Source: Rhodosorus marinus CCMP1338 (taxonomy: Eukaryota; Plantae; Rhodophyta). Taken from it: a DNA stretch of 64,000 nt. Positions 1 to 11,040 of this stretch are shown piece after piece. The stretch covers positions 2,914,001 through 2,978,000 of the forward strand of contig JAMWBK010000005.1 in NCBI GenBank assembly GCA_029953675.1. Direction: 5' to 3'. The position numbers and the translations under genes are program-made. Below the pieces are notes generated by a model that searched no databases, was not told the origin of the DNA, and saw only the letters and a program-made list of their open reading frames with translations. Within the stretch, counting starts at the first letter, position 1. Each line of letters starts with the position of its first letter.

Positions 1-746
1 CAGAACTCTAATTAATTCCGTTATACAATATTCTGGTTGCTAAATATAAAAACTAAAAATGCAAGTTTTAATTTGCTGCGTATTATTATTTTAAATATTT
101 ATTTATGATATTATATTTTATGCATTTTTAAGAGGGTATATATGTGAATTTGGGAGTCCTCGGAGTGCGGTTTTCTGGGGTTTTCTGCGGTTTTCCTAGA
201 CGGGGAAAACCAATGACTTTGGGTGGGTGTCCTAGGCGTCGGAAGGGAAGTCATAAGCGTGTGGCTAGTAACTCATCGGTAAGCGATGACTAAAATAACT
301 ACGTGCACGCTCATAACTACGAAGTGCAACCCAAGAGTTGCCCTCTCCACAGCGTGGTTTAACTGGTTTGTTGACAACCCTAGATTGGTGGAACAGGACA
401 TGCAAACGGGAGTCGCAACTGTGTGACTACTTGATTTAGGCAAAGACCAGCGCCTAATGGCCACGCCTCCACCCTTACCACCATGGACCTTCAAGACCGC
501 CAGACTCCTTCCAAATTGATAGGCCACTGTCCACGGGGGGTAGTCGGGAACAAAGTCAGTTGTGTGTTGAGTTCCTCTGGGGGGGTATGCAGCATCTCTT
601 CCGCCATTTGGCATGCCATTTTATAGTTTTCTCATTGCGTCCTCTGCACAGGGGCGAGTCCCAATGGGGATCGAGTGAATTGTAACTCCCTCGCGAGTGA
701 CGTTCAAATCCGCCTGGTGCCTAGTATCTAGACGTTCGCCCACTGG

Positions 747-780
747 CCTGTCCTACGTACCTGCCTGTCCTACGTACCTG
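747..780 (+). repeat. Perfect 17-bp tandem duplication (cctgtcctacgtacctg x2) at the apparent 5' truncation point of retroelement copy 1
   Basis: Read directly: 747-763 is identical to 764-780. Confidence 0.95.
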
Positions 781-1769
781 ATCGCTGCCCCCGCCGAACA
801 TCCCACTCCTGATCGGCCCGGGGTGAGGCTAGGTCCATACAACAAAACCTCTCAAGAGAGGCACACCGAACTGCTTTCACCCCGCAAGGTCAAGGATCCC
901 GCAATAGAACCGAACACCGACAAGAATTCGTTCCGCTGCAGGAGCTGGTTCATGCGTCTGGCTACGCGATTTGCCCCGGTTCGGACCACGATAATGGAGC
1001 GGTCCTGGCATGCACCTCAATATCGACAACTGCTAGGACTCCCGATTTCGGATTGCGGACGACGCAGAGGTGTACTACCTACAGTAGAAAGCATTGACTG
1101 ACTGCGTACAAGGATTCCAAACAGTCAGCCCTCGACGGGGTTGTGGCAACGCAGAAATGACGAGATGGGTACCGAGCTAGCGAGACGGCTTAACAGATGG
1201 CAGTTCAGGGATGTTACGCAAGAACTTTTCGACTACTTGACGAACTCGAATCTGCGACCTGATCTGGTGGCAATATCCACCCAAAAACATGGCAAAGATT
1301 TGCGATCGATGTGACGGTGGTCTCGCCACTAAAAGCTAGACACCTGCTGCTTCCAACAGCAAGGACACCGTCGGCCATGCAGCGAAGCACGCGGAACGCC
1401 GGAAACTTGCCCACTACAAGGAGGCGATGGCGAAAGAGCATCCAGAGACAAACTCATTCCGATTTCATCGAAACCTTCGTGGTGGCCAGATGACCCAGGA
1501 TTTTCTGCGGGAAGGCTGTAGTGACATGCTGACCAAGCAAGACGAGTTGTGCGAGGGCTCAAATCAACAGAACACTTTGGGCCGGGAACGCAGAGCTTGC
1601 CTTAGCGGCTTTGGGTGTGGATCAGCCGGATCAGCCACTGATTCCTTATTTTTCTATTTTTATCGCAGATAGAGACCCCGCGGCGCGGTGTTACCTCCAT
1701 TCATTTTCCCTAGATAGTGATAGAATTGGTGTTGTGCTGTATTAGGCAGGTGCCCAGTAAAGTTTACAG
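747..1769 (+). mobile_element. Degenerate, 5'-truncated non-LTR retrotransposon, RLE-type (CRE-clade-like), copy 1
   Basis: Frameshifted translation gives RIRSAAGAGSCVWLRDLP (post-RT helix typical of CRE-like ORFs), then WQRRNDEM, RPDLVA, DVTVVSP, K..HY and IPISxETF(G)G. This is the PD-(D/E)xK restriction-like endonuclease C-terminus. It aligns by eye with 61500-62380, including the 3' UTR. Confidence 0.8.
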
Positions 1770-2912
1770 TTACGCTGGAACTTGGCGCTCTCTCAGCTCG
1801 TTCCACCATAACCTTGAACCTGCCGGAGCCACTCACCAAAACACCCTTCACTCAATCCCACTAACAACCAATCTCAACCACCACACCCGATGCTTGTCCC
1901 CACAAATAGTCACGAGATGTAATCTCATTGATCAATGTTAAACCTAAATCTCGTTATAACCTTGTAGTTCTTTGAACGAGGAGGTATTTGACCCAGAGCG
2001 GGATGTGATCAGCCTAAAAGGTCCCAATGACAAAAGATCGCGGGGATGAAACTCACTGGCTCTATGCCAAAGGTAGTCCAAATCAGACGCAGGGATATTA
2101 ACCTAAACGTAAGCAAAGCTTGCACTTCAAGCGAATTCCCTGTTTTTCCTCTCGCTTTGTCTACTTCCCGCTAAACTCTATAAACCCTAAGGGGTTTAGT
2201 TCACTGATCCTCTCTATGAGGAAGATCTGCTTCTAACATCGGCATATCAATCGTTATCCTATTGCTTAGGTGAAGATACCATGGTTCGTTAGTGCATTCT
2301 TTGGACATTCTCACCAACAGAACCCTTTTGGCAGAACAGCTTTTTCCGTTTCCAAAGGCATATGGGACGGGATTAATTTTTTCTCTCATTTTGCGTATTC
2401 AAAAATATTGATTATTCTGAAATAATATTCATTTCTTTCAAAAGAAATTTTTGAACTGGCTAACGGCACAATAAATCCTTGTCAGCAAGGTTTGTAATGG
2501 CGAGCTGAAAACCCTCATCCGGTTTAGGAGTATGGAAAAGGTGAAAGGCGCAGGGAGATTATCAGCAGCATTGCCCGGTTGAGAAACGGGTTTTTTGAAA
2601 TCGCTGCTGTTCAAAGCAGGCGTTACATAATTGAGGGATAAAACTTTCGCACTTGGATGAGAAATGTTCGGATTTATGATGTTTTCCTTCCCACATTTCC
2701 GTTTCGGAAAGTTCCTCAACACCTAGGGGATGGTCCGATATGTTTCGCCATGGAAACCCGTAGTCTAGATTGAGGGGAGTGTTGAGCATGCCTAGTATAG
2801 AACACCAAGGTAACTGATTTGCTTAAGGGCGTTGCTAGCTGATCGGCTGCAAAAGTCTAGGCGAGTGTGCGGTGTGAGGCCGTCTAGTGTGGACGTTCTC
2901 AGCCTTGCTTAA

Positions 2913-3746
2913 ATGGAGTCTTACTGCGTTCAACAAGCGTTTACTGAGCTCCAGAGTTCACCTTGCCCTGTTCAGGACTCGGGAAAGACCCGTAGGTGCC
3001 TGCTCGATAAATAGAAACTGTTGAAAGCGCGATTGATGCTGAATCTCGTGTTTATTCCTGCGCAGTGATTGTGTTTGATTGGGATGACACGCTTCTTCCC
3101 TCAACCTTCTTGACATATGGCTGCGGGTTGCGAGTCTCGGACGATGTTCCAGTGCCCGAGGATGTGGGTGGGAGAATCGACCCAGTTGCGGAGGCGGCAG
3201 TGGAAGCTTTATCTATAGCGATGCAGCATGGGGACGTCGTGATCGTTACAAACGCGGAACATGGATGGGTGGAAATGTCTTCCGATAAATTCCTCCCTCG
3301 AATCAACCACTTCATTCGTGAAAACGGAATAACAGTCGTATCCGCGAGAAGCGCATTTGAGGAAGAGATACCAGATTCTCCTGTTGATTGGAAGATAGGA
3401 ACGTTTTCGCAACAGGTACAGTGCCACTGAAATACCAAAAAAAGAACTGCAAGCTTCCCTATCAGGCTCTCAAGATCTTGTCATTCGATGCGCTTGGACT
3501 TCCACGCAGGTGCAAAGCTCGGACCGCAAGAGTTATGACAACCTTGTGGTGATCGGCGACGATGAATGTGAACGATTGGCAGGTCATGCGATGTCCAGAA
3601 TTGCACCCTGTCTATCCATCAAGACGGTCAAGTTTGTGAGAAAACCAGAGCCAAGTCAGCTGGCTAGGCAGCTGGGCTTGTTGGCCCAATCTCTTTCAGA
3701 TCTTTGCGAGGAACAGGGAAACCACGACGTAAATTTCATTGTCTGA
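2913..3746 (+). CDS. HAD-superfamily hydrolase/phosphatase (DWDDT type), 3 exons
   Basis: Exons 2913-2991, 3066-3415 and 3510-3746 join in frame through GT-AG introns. Motifs: motif I TLIVFDWDDTLLP, motif II VIVTNAE, a motif III Lys (DWK) and motif IV LVVIGDDECE. Confidence 0.85.
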
Positions 3747-4158
3747 TAACAAAGCACCTCACAAGACTCTGAATCTTCATTTCGGGCGATGCTGATCTCT
3801 GTCAGTTTACATACTAGGAATTCAAAGCCCAACATCCGGCAGATCTTGTAAAAAGTAATAAATCTGTCTAAGCGTTGCAACTGAACAGTACGTATTCCCC
3901 AAGCCCCTATGGATGCTCAAGTCAATACTCCTACACTAACCAAACGAAGCTGAAATAGCTCATGGGACACGGCTTCTCCACGGATGCTGCCAGTCATGCT
4001 GTCAGTGTCCTGGTCCAGCCCCGGAGCAAGAATAGATAACGCTTCCCCGTGATCATGAGGTGGATGTGCTAGCTCAAGGATTCTCGCATATTCCAAGGAG
4101 GAAAGCTCCAGATTACTTAATAATCACAAATGCTTCAAGATGCGTTTTCGCGTCCGCT

Positions 4159-7100
4159 TCAGAGAACAGTCAACAACCTATAGACTTTTGACGCGAAGCC
4201 GCTCCACCTGGGCACACACCGAAACGCGGACGTGTGAGATGAACATCGCGCCTGGCCAAGAATGCCTCACTGACGATTTTCTTACCTCTCTTTTGCGGCT
4301 TCAGCCAGAGGCGGTCTACTCTTCATGCTCGAAAGAGCTCTGAAGTCCTCGAACGCAGAATCCCAAATGGCTCGCGGTGTCGTCGCAACTGAGTTCGTGC
4401 TCCGAAATCGTTTCGTGCACTCGTCTGATATAGGCCAGGGCCAAAAGTCTGGCTTGTACAAACCTCTATGGTGATTTTCACACCAGGCCCTGAGAGCTAA
4501 GAGGTAGCTCGACTGCAGAATTGTAGGGAATTCGTTCAACGTTAGACTCACGTTGGACTGCGTGCTGTCCTTTGGCTGGGACTCTTACCTTTCGATGATA
4601 GAACATGCTCATGGGAACCCGTCGATATAATCCGCTTTCAAGAGTGTTCGGGTCCAGGAACATGGTTCCATCGCCGGTGAGTAGAACCTAATTGTGGAGT
4701 CACAGAGCAACAAGCTCGGTCATGAGTAGGGGCAAGGTGTTTGACGGAGTATTATCAGATCAGCTGGAGAGACTCACTCTATTTCCGACTGTCTTGTATG
4801 TCACCAGCGGTAAGCGAGGGACGATATCGGGGGCTAGCTCGACGCTCCAGTGCATTGTTACGCGTCCGCTGTAGACATCTCGAAAAGCTTTGTTTCCGAC
4901 TCTCGGTGATCCGAACGTTGAAACCACAATTTCTTCAGGCCCGATGCCGAGCGACATTGAACAGTCCAAAGCGGCGAGTGTTGAGAGGCTGCCACCAAGG
5001 GAGTGACCCGTGAACAGAATCACCCTACGTTTGCGCTTGTACAACTCTTGAATGGAGTCAAGGACCTAGCAGAGCGGAATAGTTGGCGGGCTACTGACAG
5101 TTCCTTCCGCATCCGTGGTGTGTGGCATGTGGGACCCAAAAAATACCTTTGAGGCTACCCGCACATGGGCTGCCGCAAACCCTCGATGAACTTTGCTTTG
5201 TGCGAATCCAGGTATGTCGGAATAGCTCTCTGCCGTGAGGCTGCAAACTCTTCCAGTTCTCGTGGGCAGAAAACTATTCAACTTGCGCATGAGTATGCTC
5301 GCGTCAGTCCTCAGGTTTCGGAAACTCGAAGTACCACGGAAGGAGACGACAATACGATCGCACATGTCAACAACTAGGCAGTGCGTGTCCGCTTCTGTAT
5401 CCTGAATAAAGCTGTGCACCTTGAGGCTCGACATAGCCTGTGGCGGATCATCAGCGTTGAGTTGTGTGAAGTACTCGCATTACGCTAAGGAGCGTGTCTT
5501 CATTGCCTTGGTACTCTACGAACCTGTGTTTCTGTGAGCCTATGGTATTTTTCAGTTCCATAATAGTACGCCAACCACGCAAAGTTAAAAGCAACAACCT
5601 ATACCAAAACAACGGGTTCAGCGCGGGTCGAATGTGGCGAAAAGGGGGGAGGTGCAGCTGGTGTTGGGACAACCTACGTGCGTATCCATAATGAAGCAAG
5701 ATGCTGACACTTCTCCGAGCGATCTGCTATCGAATCTGTCCGGCTCCGTCCGTCGATAGGTCATGGGAGATGTTGAACTGTGACCAGGGGATAGCCAACC
5801 CTCGGTGGGCGGCGTTTGATCATGAATTTCAGGGTGAGGACATTTCTTCACCGGAAGCTTGAAGTATGCTTCGGTGGAGACATATGCAACGAGGAGAATA
5901 GCGAGCGCCGCCATGAAAACGGATGACACGTAAACCCATGTGGCAGGTGCTCCCACTCCTGAGCTGGCAACAAATATTGCGACATCGACGCCTGCGGAAA
6001 AAAAGGATTTGTTTGTTTAGCCTCTCAGCACATCTTCGGACCAGAAAGCGTGTAGAGGATCAAAAGCTTTCCTCTGAACATACCGTTAGGGATAAAAGCG
6101 AAATAGAGAGCGCCCAGGGTCCAACTCGTAATATAGAACATGAGGTTATGATATACAAAAAACCGGAATCCTATTTGCTTGGGTCGAAATTTCAAGTAGT
6201 CTACGTCCCGGAGAACTAGCCTCGTTTTGCGCATGCTATGGACGATCATTCCCGCGAGGATCAATTCGATTGCGGTAATTGTCAGTATACAAACGGCACC
6301 TGAAAGGAAATAGAATGTTTGGGGGTCATCTTCAGACTCTTGAGACAAGGTGCTTGACAAAACTTGACAGCAGAGGGTTGAAGGAACCCTATCCATGGCG
6401 CCCGATATGTTCAGACAGCTTACCTGTTGTGCTCCAGCCAACCTGCGTGTAAATTCGAAGCATTGGGATCCATGCCAGAAGGGGCAGATCCAGAGTGCGG
6501 ACGTGATACACCCAGAACACAACTTGCCGAGCCAACACGTAGAATACGACTGCTGCTAGCTTCGGTAGGCAAAACCACTTCGTGATTTTGTCGTCAAGGA
6601 TGCGAAAAGTGTGAGCAGAGGCCAGAAGGTAGAAGACGGTGACCCCAGCGAACGCGGTCTGCCGTATACTCTGCACAACAATGTACCACGTTTCGTGGAA
6701 GAGGTCGTCGTTGATACCTATGTAATCAGGACTGTCTTAGATACGCTAGGTCCATGGAGTGCGGGAACCAGTCTCACCTGTGCCGCTGATTCTTAGAGAA
6801 ATAATCACATCCGAAATGTTGATGTAAAAGACTGTGCATACAGCTAGGAGCAGGATCCATTTCTGCTCGGGTAGGATTTTGCCGTTGGAACGATTCCGGA
6901 ACAGCTGAAATCCGAAAACGGCCGAAATCACTATAGCAAGAACAAACGCAAGTACCCGGATCACCGCGCATCCAATATCAATCCAGAGCGGATAAACCGC
7001 GAAATACAAGGTCTGGAACTCCCCATTGATTTCTGTTTTTGTGGGATACGCATAGACTGTACATCCTAGAATCAACAGCAACAGCAAAAAGAAAGAGGCC

Positions 7101-7436
7101 ACCAGCGAGACAATCTGTCTCCACCGCATCGAGTAGTCAATATGGCTTGAGCCAATGACTTCCAGCTTTGTATAGTACTCCCTGTCCCTAAGAAGCGGGG
7201 CTCCTTCAACAAACTCATCATCCCCCTCAATCCAAGATATATGCCCGGTGGACAAGTGAAGCTCCTAAACAAGGCACCCAGAACTTAAACAAAGTCCAGA
7301 CACGGAAACGAACGGCAGAAAGTGAACTCACCTGACTCCCGTAAGCCATTCCGCTTGAACCCAGCCGCTTCCAGTCTTCCTGGTGATATTCCCCAGCCTC
7401 GTTCCGCCTCAAGTGTTTCAAGTCTACTCCATCCAT
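4159..7436 (-). CDS. Multi-pass membrane protein: TMEM181/Wntless-like TM domain fused to a C-terminal class-3 lipase domain (multi-exon)
   Basis: Lipase_3 motifs IVVSFRGTSS, VHRGF, LFTGHSLGG (nucleophile elbow), TFGSPRVGN, DIVPRLP and MFYH. The N-terminal half has about 7 hydrophobic segments with PEQKWILLL..FYIN and QTAF...FYLL..HTFR...FCLPK. The last exon (stop at 4159) is inferred from splice signals. Confidence 0.85.
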
Positions 7437-8654
7437 TCTTGACTAAATACACAGGGAAGCTAAACACCCCCCCCAAAAAAAAAACACCAACAGCTTCCCG
7501 AGGACTTGTCAACGACCACCTCTCACACCCAACCCCTCATCACTTTCTCATCCAAAGCCAGAATCTGCCCCAACCCCTCATATATCCCCAATCCTCGCCT
7601 AATAACCTCCTTTTCTTGGCCAAAGCGAACACGCCAATATTACCTCACACGATCAGAGCGACCGTTCGAAGACCAAATAAAAAAAAAACCTCTCAAGCAA
7701 TGTCATCCACCACAGTCAACTGTCAGACAACAAACGCCCCCCAAATCCTTTTCAACCAACAAGACAAAATAGTTCCTGTAATTTTATAATATTTTTCCGA
7801 ATATTCTCTCAACTCAATTTTGATCTTTATAATTATTATTCATTTTATTATATCTTGTACGAATGGTGAAAAGTGGAAGAATATTGATGAGCTTCGTTTT
7901 TGTTTCTGAAAAACATTTTGGATTTGATTGCTAAATTCAACGTTATTTGAAAAAATCGCTCGGAGGCTTTTTTCATCTGTCAGTAACCAACCAGAGCATA
8001 GTACCAATTGCACCGGAGAATTTGTTTAACAGAAGGTATAAGCCGTTCGGGTACTAACTAACCCTGAAGTTTGGATTGGTGTTTTGAGGACAAAGCGTTT
8101 TAGGGACAGTATTTTTGGTACGCTTTTGTTGTGGGACAGGGGTTGCAGCTGGCTCCTTGATGATTAAGCCAGATCAATCGATCGTATATGAAACGCGGCT
8201 GGATATCAACATCTCTACGGAGGACGCCTACACAAGCCGAACGGAACATGGGAACGGCGAGGAAGAAACTATTGATGACAACCGTTCGGACTCAAGCCGT
8301 GAAGGCTAGGCAGAGGATGAGTGGTGAAATTGCCCACAACCACATCGCGGGGTTTCGTAAAATTGCTCATGTGCGTTGGCAACGAGTTTTCAAGATGGCA
8401 GGGAGTGGCACTGCAGATAATCCCGTTGGCAAATGTCTATGTCATGAAAAACTGATTCTACGTGCAGTTAACGAGGATTGGGATCTTTCCTTCCCTATCC
8501 AAGCAAAGCGACCGAATTTAATGGGCAGGCCAATCCTCAACAACATTATTTCACTGGCTGGGGGGGACGTAAGCCGACCTATTTGGAATGTCTGGAACGG
8601 GGTTCGATGCCAGTGACCGCTGGTACGGTTGGGCAACATTCTGCCACAATTCAC

Positions 8655-10848
8655 TTACTCCACGCTTACTTCACGTTGATTATCGGCAAATTTTTGGACT
8701 GGTTTCGGTGTTTGAGTCAACGGAAGTTGCTCCCTAAGTTTCTTGTTCTGCAACGGGTCGTAGACAGAATGCTGTACACAAGCAGGGATGACCCTTCCTT
8801 GATCAGGTTGGGCCATGCCGTATGAACAGGCCTAGGAAGCGAGGACGGACGGATCATCAGCATAAACGTCAACTAATCTTGTTCTGCGCTCAGTCGGTTC
8901 CTACCTGGAGCCTCTCCTGAGTTTCACGTATCTTTGGGTCGGTGGCATCAATCCCGAGCTCCATTAACTCCCACGCGCTCTGCACGTTTTCTGCGTCCAT
9001 GAATCGATGCATCACGATGGTCAAGAACATTACGCCCTGGAATAGTACACGAACTCCACCAGCTCTCTTCAAGAATCGACCGAACCACATTGCGAACATC
9101 CCTAGATAATACGGTCTTCGGATGAGATGCCTGGCAGAAAACCGCAGCAGTGAAGCTATGGTGAGGAAGTGGTTCACAATTAAAGATGAAAAAAACACAC
9201 GTGCGCGACCCTGCGAACCTCAAAAACTTGATGAGCAGGAGTCGCGTTGGCATCACGAACGACCCGAAGTTCTTCGTGAACTCGTTCCTGATCTTTATGT
9301 CTTTCGGGTCCTCGTCGTCGAGCACGGGAACAAACTTACGGTTCTTAGTTTTCGAACCTGTCAAAATAAACATGAAAAGCGACTTTCAGGTTTATCGTTC
9401 CCTGTTCAACTAGCCCTCACAGTCCCTCAGCGGAATGTCGTGCACGGCATCCACATCTCTAATGATCTCCAAGCTGTCTTTGTTGGTGCCCTACCAACGA
9501 CGAAACCAATACACTGCCGGTTGCATCTAGAGTCACCCATTTGGAGAACCTTGTAGGGAAGCCTTGCTCCAACGCCTTTCTCAATTTCTTTCCACACGTC
9601 TTCCCCATCATTTTCGGCAACCTGTGGACGAAGGAACTACACCATAAACGACTGATTCGAAGATGAGAATCTGCTTCTGGTCTCGGAACTGTTGCTGACC
9701 TTTTTGTAATCTGCCGTCCACCTCCTCTGGTCCCCCTGGAACGCAGCGGGTTGGAAAGAAAACAGCCGAAACCCAGCGGTCAGGTTATCTTTCAAGACGC
9801 TCGCAATCTCGCCAACGTTCCCTGGCTGAACAGTCATGTTGTGGGCAACGAAGAAATCAACGTTGTGCTCCCGCTTCAGCCGCTTGAACTTTTCCAAGAG
9901 CTCCCTCCGATATGGATTAAGTTCTGCTTCGGAGTTGGGACTGCGAATTCCACTTCTTCCAACCTGCACGGATTGAAACTTGAGCGGTGAGACTCACCGA
10001 TCATCCTGAACTTTGCGGGTTGAATGGATAGTTAAGAGTATGCTCACCATAAATCTATCGAAGTGAACGGCGAAATCTAGTCTGTCAAACCTTCGCTTTC
10101 CATTCGGCCCCACGGCAACATCTTTTAGGTACTCATATGTAAAGTCACCATGGCTGAACGACATGGGAACACGCCCGTACTTCTTCATGATAGCTAGAGC
10201 TGTTGCATGATCCTCTGCAGAAAGCAGGGAAACCTGGTGAAGATGCGGAAATCGGTCAGTCAATGCTGCTCGATGAACCCTGAACGCTACTCTGGTGGTT
10301 ATGAGGGATTGTCCAACCTCTCCACCGATCAACTGACAATGCCCGTGTGGGCCTCGGTGCTCGTCCAGCACCTTCATCTGCCGGGCAGTTTCAATTGCAG
10401 TATGGATACCGTCGATGCGAACATGGTTTGCGTCGGCTGAGTGATAGCACGGTTTACAGGAGAACGTGCATTTGGGGAAAACTCCTTGCGTTCCCTCGCA
10501 TCCTGGTGAAACCTTTCCTGCTCCAAGTCGCCCAACAAGAAAGGGCATACCATAAGAACAACCATGTCGCGACGGGAGAGAACAAGAGAACAGGCTCTTA
10601 CCGAGCATCTGGCTTGGGCCCTTCACGCGCTCCGGCAAAGTCTCGTATCTCTGTCTAAGGAGCTGATTCGATCTATGCGACCCATCCGGCCTGGTTAGAT
10701 GCTCCCACTCGACAAATTGACTCCACCATGCAGGTGCATGAACCGACAAATTTGACCTCTGCCTACTGGTTCTTGACCTAGATCCTCCTTCCGACCCGCT
10801 TCCGCTCAAGATGGGTACAAAAGCATGCATCTTCTCCCCAGCCGCCAT
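8655..10848 (-). CDS. Radical SAM domain protein of bacterial type, intron-containing
   Basis: CxxxCxxC motif (CTFSCKPCYH), GGE motif (QLIGGEVSLL), and downstream AHNMTV, FSFQPAA, GDSRCNRQC, MHRFMDA and ERLQACSY...GRVIPACVQH. Split by several GT-AG introns. Confidence 0.85.
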
Positions 10849-10948
10849 CCTCACTCCGCCAACCTACAAGTTCAACCCTAGAAATCGCCCAGGGCCTCTG
10901 TGCACCTTCTCACCCTAACACGGTCAACTCCTGCCCTGGCACAGCCCA

Positions 10949-11040
10949 GGCATATCCTAAGACCTTTTCATGCCTATTGCGAGGGGATCCTATAGGCATA
11001 TCCTCCGACCTTTTCATACCCATCGCGAGGGGATCCTACC
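10949..11040. repeat. 46-bp tandem duplication (2 diverged units) about 100 bp upstream of the radical SAM start codon
   Basis: Unit 1 (10949-10994) ggcatatcctaagaccttttcatgcctattgcgaggggatcctata; unit 2 (10995-11040) ggcatatcctccgaccttttcatacccatcgcgaggggatcctacc. Confidence 0.9.

Noticed and set aside
273-614. 113-aa minus-strand ORF, and a stop-interrupted frame on the opposite strand
   Set aside because: No recognisable motif or splice structure; could be chance or decayed mobile DNA.
697-720. gttcaaatcc, resembling a tRNA T-loop
   Set aside because: The flanking bases do not form a T-stem, and no D-arm or acceptor stem is present.
1706-1725. tccctagatagtgataga resembles the tet operator (vector contamination?)
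   Set aside because: It is an imperfect match and recurs in the homologous retroelement 3' UTR at about 62318, so it is native repeat sequence.
2171-2200. taaaccctaa telo-box within a short inverted repeat
   Set aside because: Only a single unit; no telomeric array.
2201-2789. Short ORFs with GNGKS (Walker A-like) on the minus strand and FGHSHQ on the plus strand
   Set aside because: Isolated short motifs without supporting domain context.
7322-7789. 155-aa Pro/Gln/Asn-rich ORF; similar ORFs at 22819-23349, 32902-33342, 52334-52948 and 59742-60251
   Set aside because: Artefacts of the skewed C/A-rich or G-rich leader sequence, which is depleted of stop codons.
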